DNA of 64,000 nt from Nitrospinales bacterium (lineage in GTDB: Bacteria > Nitrospinota > Nitrospinia > Nitrospinales > VA-1): assembly GCA_965223345.1 (NCBI GenBank), contig CBDCWG010000012.1:2432001-2496000 (forward strand). The letters are read 5' to 3'. Numbering within the stretch: the first letter of the stretch is position 1; every line of letters begins with the position of its first letter. This document shows, in pieces, positions 59,905 through 64,000 of this stretch. The notes under the pieces were generated by a model. That model worked only from the letters and a program-made list of their open reading frames with translations. It made no database searches and was not told the origin of the DNA. A program made the position numbers and the translations under genes.

Positions 59905-62739
59905 TTAGTTAGCGGAGATTTTGACGGTTTTGTAGATGAAGTTTTTGAAGCTGACGAATTTTTTCTTTTCGCCGGGGTCGGTGTGCATTTCGGGGCCGCA
60001 GACTTTCAGCCGCACGGCGAGTCCCGGCAGGTTGGTCTGGTAGCGCGATTTGGCGGTGTCGATGAGGGTCTTCACGGTGCTGCGCGTCAGGTGGTTCTCG
60101 CGGAACGGCTGGTGCACGCCGGTCCAGAAATCGGCTTCGCCGGATTCGAGCCGTTCGAGGATCGCTTCCACCTGCCCCTCGGCGTTGTTCGCGCCCGCAT
60201 GGGCATTGGATTCGGGCTGCGCCTCGCAGGCGGCGAGGATGTCGGCTTTTTTGATCTGCGCGCCTTTGCGGAACAGCATGGCGCGCAGCAGGATGTTTTT
60301 CAACTCGCGCGCGTTGCCGCGGAAGGTGCGGGTCTTGAGGAACTGGATGGCCTCGGGATCGAGCTGCGGCGGCGACTCTTTGGCGGCGTCGTTCTTGTAG
60401 GTGTTGAACAGGATGCCGAGAAAATGAGTCGCCAGATCCTCGATGTCCTCCAGCCGCTCGTTGAGGCAGGGGATGCGGAAGCTGAGCGCGTTGAGCCTGT
60501 GGTACAGGTCTTCACGGAACCGGCCCTTCTGGATTTCCGCCTGCAGGTCGCGGTTGGTGGCGGCGATGAGGAAGATCTTCGAGTAGCGCGGCTGGTTTTC
60601 CCCCAGGCGCATGAACACGCCGGTGTCGAGGAAACGCAGCAGCTGCACCTGGGTCTTGGGGTCGGCGTCGCCGATCTCATCGAGGAACACCACGCCGGTG
60701 TTGGCTTCTTCCAGGATGCCCTGGCGGTTGAACTCCGCGCCCGTGTAGGCGCCTTTTTTGTGGCCGAACAGTTCGCTGTAGGTGAGTTCGCCACTGTAGG
60801 CGGCGATGTTGGTTTTGCGCACGGGCAGCTTGTACTGCGGCCCGATCTCTTTCTGGAAGATCTCGGTGAGGCGCGAATAGATGTTGTTGAAGAAAAATTC
60901 CTTGCCGGTTCCCGTCTCGCCGTAGAGCAGGAGGCAGGGCAGGCCGGGCGACGCTTCCAGCTTCTTGCCGTTGTTCCACTGCAGCATGCGGTTGCAGATC
61001 GATTCCACCACGGTGTTGACCTGATCGACGAGGTTGTGAATCTTGCGGCTTTTGCCGATGACGTTGCCGAAGTAGTAGGAGGACACTTTGGGGTCGCGGT
61101 ATTCGATGTCGCGCCGCAGCTGGGTGATCTCCTGGCGCAGTTCCTCGATCTGCTTGAGGTTGTGGAATTTTTGCCCAATTAGGCTCGCAATGATTTGCAG
61201 GATGCGCTTGTGCTCTTCGGTGAAAAAGTTTTTGCGGAAGCTGTCCTGGTTGATGACGCCGAGCACGTTGTTGCCGTAGGTGATGGGCACCGCCAGTTCG
61301 GAGCGGATCGCGGGCGACAGGTTCTTGTAGAAGCCCTTTGTCTGGGCCGGGTCCTGGGTGTCGTTGGTCAATATGGAACGCGCGCTGTGGGCGCAGAATC
61401 CGGTCAGGGATTTCAGGTCCTCGGGCAGCTCCTCGCCGCCGACGGGCAGGGGAGGGATGGTGCTTTTCATCCAGCCGCGCGATTTGGCCCCCACCTGCTT
61501 GCCTTCGCCATCCTCGACCACGAGCCAGGGTTTGCCCTCCATGATTTTCAGTACTGAGATCGTGCCGCTGTGCGCGCCGATCAACTCGGAGGTCTTGTCG
61601 AGGATGCGGTGCAAAAAGGTTGTGAGCGAGGTGTCCTCGTTGGAGAGCAGTTCCTTGATCTCGCCCAGCACCTGGATCTCCACGCGCTCGGGGCTCTCTT
61701 CGCCGATCAGTTTTTCCACCATCGCCGCGTGGTCTTTCAACAGGTGCTGCTCGAACTGGGTGAAGCGGTAGGGACGGCTCGTGTAGTAGTTGACGGCGCA
61801 AAGGAATTTGCCGGTGGTCTTGTCGAACTTCAGAAACTGGAACAGGGAAACCAGATCGATCTCGCGCGCCAGCGCCTTGCGCGAAAATTCCACGTCCTTC
61901 AGGTCCTCGATGTAGACCGACTCTTCGGCGGTGGGCGTGGCCACCAGCCCCTGAACGGGATCGTAGCGCACCGACCGGTTGAGGATCGACTTCGTGGTGG
62001 CCAGGTTCAACTGGTCGTCGTTCTTGTAGGCCTGGCCGTGGCTTTTTTTCTGTGAGAACACGGCCAGAAGCTCCACGCGCTCGGTTTTTTCCTTGCGCGC
62101 GGTGATGAATTCGTGCGCGGGGGAGGGCACCCACACCGAGGCCAGGGCCAGGTTGTCGATCAGCTTGACGGCGGAACGCATCAGCCGGCGGGCGGCTTCC
62201 TTTTTGCGCGCCAGATCGAGGTGCTTGGAGAAGGTGACCTGCTGGTGAAAGCGCTTCGCCCGTTCGATGATCGGGCTGATCTTGGATAAAAACGCGTTGA
62301 TCTCCCAGATTTCCGTTTCGTTGAGAAACGTGCCGTCCTCGCCCCAGTCGAGGCTCAGTGTGCCGAAGGGACGCAGGTGGTGGGTGATGGGAAACACCGC
62401 CGAGGCCTGGATGTCGGACATTTTCTCGAACGGGCTGCGCAGTTTCGCGAAGCCTTCCGGCAGGTTCCAGGAGAGCAAAACCTGGTTTTCGATGAAGGCG
62501 CGCGACATGATCGACGCCTTGGGCGAGATGAACTGGGTGACCGGGCGTTCTTCGGCCTGGTTCTGGCCGGTGACGTACTGGCAGGTCAGCATGCCCTCGT
62601 ACAGGTCCTCCAGATAGATCCGCACCATCTTGCAGGGAAACCGCTTCTTCAGCCCGGTGGCCGTGTAGTGCAGGATGTCGGACAGGTTTTCCTTGTCGAA
62701 CTGTTCCAGCTGCCGGTAGAGTTTGTTCAAATCGTTCAT
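59905..62739 (-). CDS. Sigma54-dependent enhancer-binding protein with multiple N-terminal GAF-like domains
   Basis: GETGTGKE, SELFGHKKGAYTGA, VFLDEIGD, AATNRDL, FREDLYHRL and GNARELKN motifs; GAF signature RSELAVPI...LGVIN. Confidence 0.9.
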   Translation of the reverse strand: MNDLNKLYRQLEQFDKENLSDILHYTATGLKKRFPCKMVRIYLEDLYEGMLTCQYVTGQNQAEERPVTQFISPKASIMSRAFIENQVLLSWNLPEGFAKLRSPFEKMSDIQASAVFPITHHLRPFGTLSLDWGEDGTFLNETEIWEINAFLSKISPIIERAKRFHQQVTFSKHLDLARKKEAARRLMRSAVKLIDNLALASVWVPSPAHEFITARKEKTERVELLAVFSQKKSHGQAYKNDDQLNLATTKSILNRSVRYDPVQGLVATPTAEESVYIEDLKDVEFSRKALAREIDLVSLFQFLKFDKTTGKFLCAVNYYTSRPYRFTQFEQHLLKDHAAMVEKLIGEESPERVEIQVLGEIKELLSNEDTSLTTFLHRILDKTSELIGAHSGTISVLKIMEGKPWLVVEDGEGKQVGAKSRGWMKSTIPPLPVGGEELPEDLKSLTGFCAHSARSILTNDTQDPAQTKGFYKNLSPAIRSELAVPITYGNNVLGVINQDSFRKNFFTEEHKRILQIIASLIGQKFHNLKQIEELRQEITQLRRDIEYRDPKVSSYYFGNVIGKSRKIHNLVDQVNTVVESICNRMLQWNNGKKLEASPGLPCLLLYGETGTGKEFFFNNIYSRLTEIFQKEIGPQYKLPVRKTNIAAYSGELTYSELFGHKKGAYTGAEFNRQGILEEANTGVVFLDEIGDADPKTQVQLLRFLDTGVFMRLGENQPRYSKIFLIAATNRDLQAEIQKGRFREDLYHRLNALSFRIPCLNERLEDIEDLATHFLGILFNTYKNDAAKESPPQLDPEAIQFLKTRTFRGNARELKNILLRAMLFRKGAQIKKADILAACEAQPESNAHAGANNAEGQVEAILERLESGEADFWTGVHQPFRENHLTRSTVKTLIDTAKSRYQTNLPGLAVRLKVCGPEMHTDPGEKKKFVSFKNFIYKTVKISAN

Positions 62740-62994
62740 CGCACTCTCTGGGTAAAGGAAGTAAATAGTGAGTATATTATTAACACACTCGCAGGCGGAT
62801 GGCGGCAAAATTCAGGGATTTTGGCAATCCGAAACCGGCAAAAAACTCCCGTTTGAAATCTGTACGGGGCAATAATTTCCGGGTCTGCAATAGGGATAAA
62901 CGGTCACAGGATTTTGCTCCGCAGGGCTCTAAAAATTTGACCTTTAAATTCAACTATTTACGAACCGTTGATTTTCGGGTGATTTTGCGCCGCA

Positions 62995-63010
62995 CGGCAT
63001 GGACCTTGCT
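62995..63010 (+). promoter_or_regulatory. Sigma54 (-24/-12) promoter of flgB
   Basis: CGGCATGGACCTTGCT (GG-N10-GC), 29 nt upstream of the flgB ATG. Confidence 0.75.
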
Positions 63011-63039
63011 TTTACTTTTGCGCTATCAAGGAGACGCCG

Positions 63040-63465
63040 ATGCTGATCGACAAATTGCTCTATTCCGATGAAGTGCCGAAGATCATGAAACGGAACCTGG
63101 ATTTCGTGTCCGCCCGGCACTCGCTCATTTCCAACAACATTAGCCAGTTGGACACGCCCGGCTACAAGGCTCACGACATCGACTTCAAAAAGCAGCTGCG
63201 GGACGCGCTGGGGACCGGCTCCAGCCTGAGTCTGAAGACGACCCATCCAAGGCATCTGGGGCCCTCGGAAATGGCCCTGAAAGGGCTCACGCCGATTCCT
63301 TTCGAGGTGGGCGGAGCGGAAAAGTCGAACGGCAACAACGTCAACATCGATCAGGAAATGGCGAAGCTGGCGGAAAACCAGATCGCCTACAACGCGGTGA
63401 CCCAGATGATGATGAAACGGGGGTCCACCATCAAGAGCGCGGTGACGGAACTGCCGCAACAGTAA
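63040..63465 (+). CDS. flgB: Flagellar basal-body rod protein FlgB
   Basis: NNISQLDTPGYKAHDIDF, THPRHL and NGNNVNIDQEM motifs. Confidence 0.93.
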   Translation: MLIDKLLYSDEVPKIMKRNLDFVSARHSLISNNISQLDTPGYKAHDIDFKKQLRDALGTGSSLSLKTTHPRHLGPSEMALKGLTPIPFEVGGAEKSNGNNVNIDQEMAKLAENQIAYNAVTQMMMKRGSTIKSAVTELPQQ

Positions 63466-63511
63466 GGGTTTTCGGGGCGTTTCCCGTATTTCGGCAGGGT
63501 GAAGTCAGGCA

Positions 63512-63540
63512 TTGACAAACACCCCCCAAGGTGATAATTT
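63512..63540 (+). promoter_or_regulatory. Possible sigma70-type promoter in front of fliE
   Basis: TTGACA followed by GATAAT (15-nt spacer) or TAATTT (17-nt spacer). Confidence 0.4.
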
Positions 63541-63570
63541 CAATAAGATACAATTTTTTTGGGCTTTTTC

Positions 63571-63888
63571 GTGAACGACATCACCGTACAGAGCAACCTC
63601 AGAGCACTCCAGGGCCCGCAGGCTCCCGGGAAGATTGTGCTCAAACAGGATGCGCAAAAAGCCGAAGGCGCGAATTTCGCCGAAACCCTGACCCAGTCGC
63701 TGGAGAAAGTCAACGAGCTGCAGAAAGAAGCGGACGTGGCCATCAAGGATTTCGTCTCCGGCGAGACCCGCAACATCCACGAAACGATGATCGCCGTGAA
63801 CAAGGCCGATCTCGCGTTTCGCCTGACCATGCAGGTGCGCAACAAGATCGTCGAAGCCTACCAGGAGGTTCTGCGCACCCAGCTGTAA
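63571..63888 (+). CDS. fliE: Flagellar hook-basal body protein FliE
   Basis: FAETL...VNELQ...IHETMIA...QVRNKIVEAYQEVLR. Confidence 0.93.
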   Translation: MNDITVQSNLRALQGPQAPGKIVLKQDAQKAEGANFAETLTQSLEKVNELQKEADVAIKDFVSGETRNIHETMIAVNKADLAFRLTMQVRNKIVEAYQEVLRTQL

Positions 63889-64000
63889 CGTCAATTTCGC
63901 ACACCCATCGTATCGGCCGCCTCTGGATCGGATTCCAGGGGCTTTTTTTGTGCCTTCTTGGCGTTGACAAGCACCGGGATTTGACGGATAGTGAGTTGTA

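Overview
A 64 kb bacterial chromosomal window, mostly GC-rich. Gene content and style suggest a Nitrospina-like nitrite oxidizer, which is an inference and not a database result. Positions 1-10.5 kb are a compositionally distinct cluster: a 5'-truncated DabA (DUF2309, beta-carbonic-anhydrase-like inorganic carbon pump subunit), then a split Mrp/MBH-type Na+/H+ module (E, F, G, DUF4040/MrpA C-terminal part, B, C, D), then NuoL- and NuoM-like antiporter subunits. No redox input subunits are present in the window. The NuoL lateral helix contains three tandem 27-aa repeats, which suggests an extended membrane arm and is the strongest candidate for a new system. The core region holds uppP, alaC-hom-thrC, an FGE-family gene, trxB, clpB, addAB, moaCDE, an M16 peptidase, an ABC1 kinase, a DUF1326/DUF2182 pair, class II aldolase, a USP/PCP_red multidomain protein, msbA-oleA-oleB, ahcY, spoVG, a GAF sigma54 activator, flgB and fliE (no flgC between them). 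Accessory features are a metal-handling operon led by a Cys-rich ORF and containing a nonsense-interrupted outer-membrane gene, a double-propeller collagen protein, and a family of short intergenic repeats. These repeats nest inside each other and, at 58.2-59.9 kb, form mirror-image composite arms that tightly bracket three cargo genes. I recognised no rRNA, tRNA, CRISPR array or transposase.
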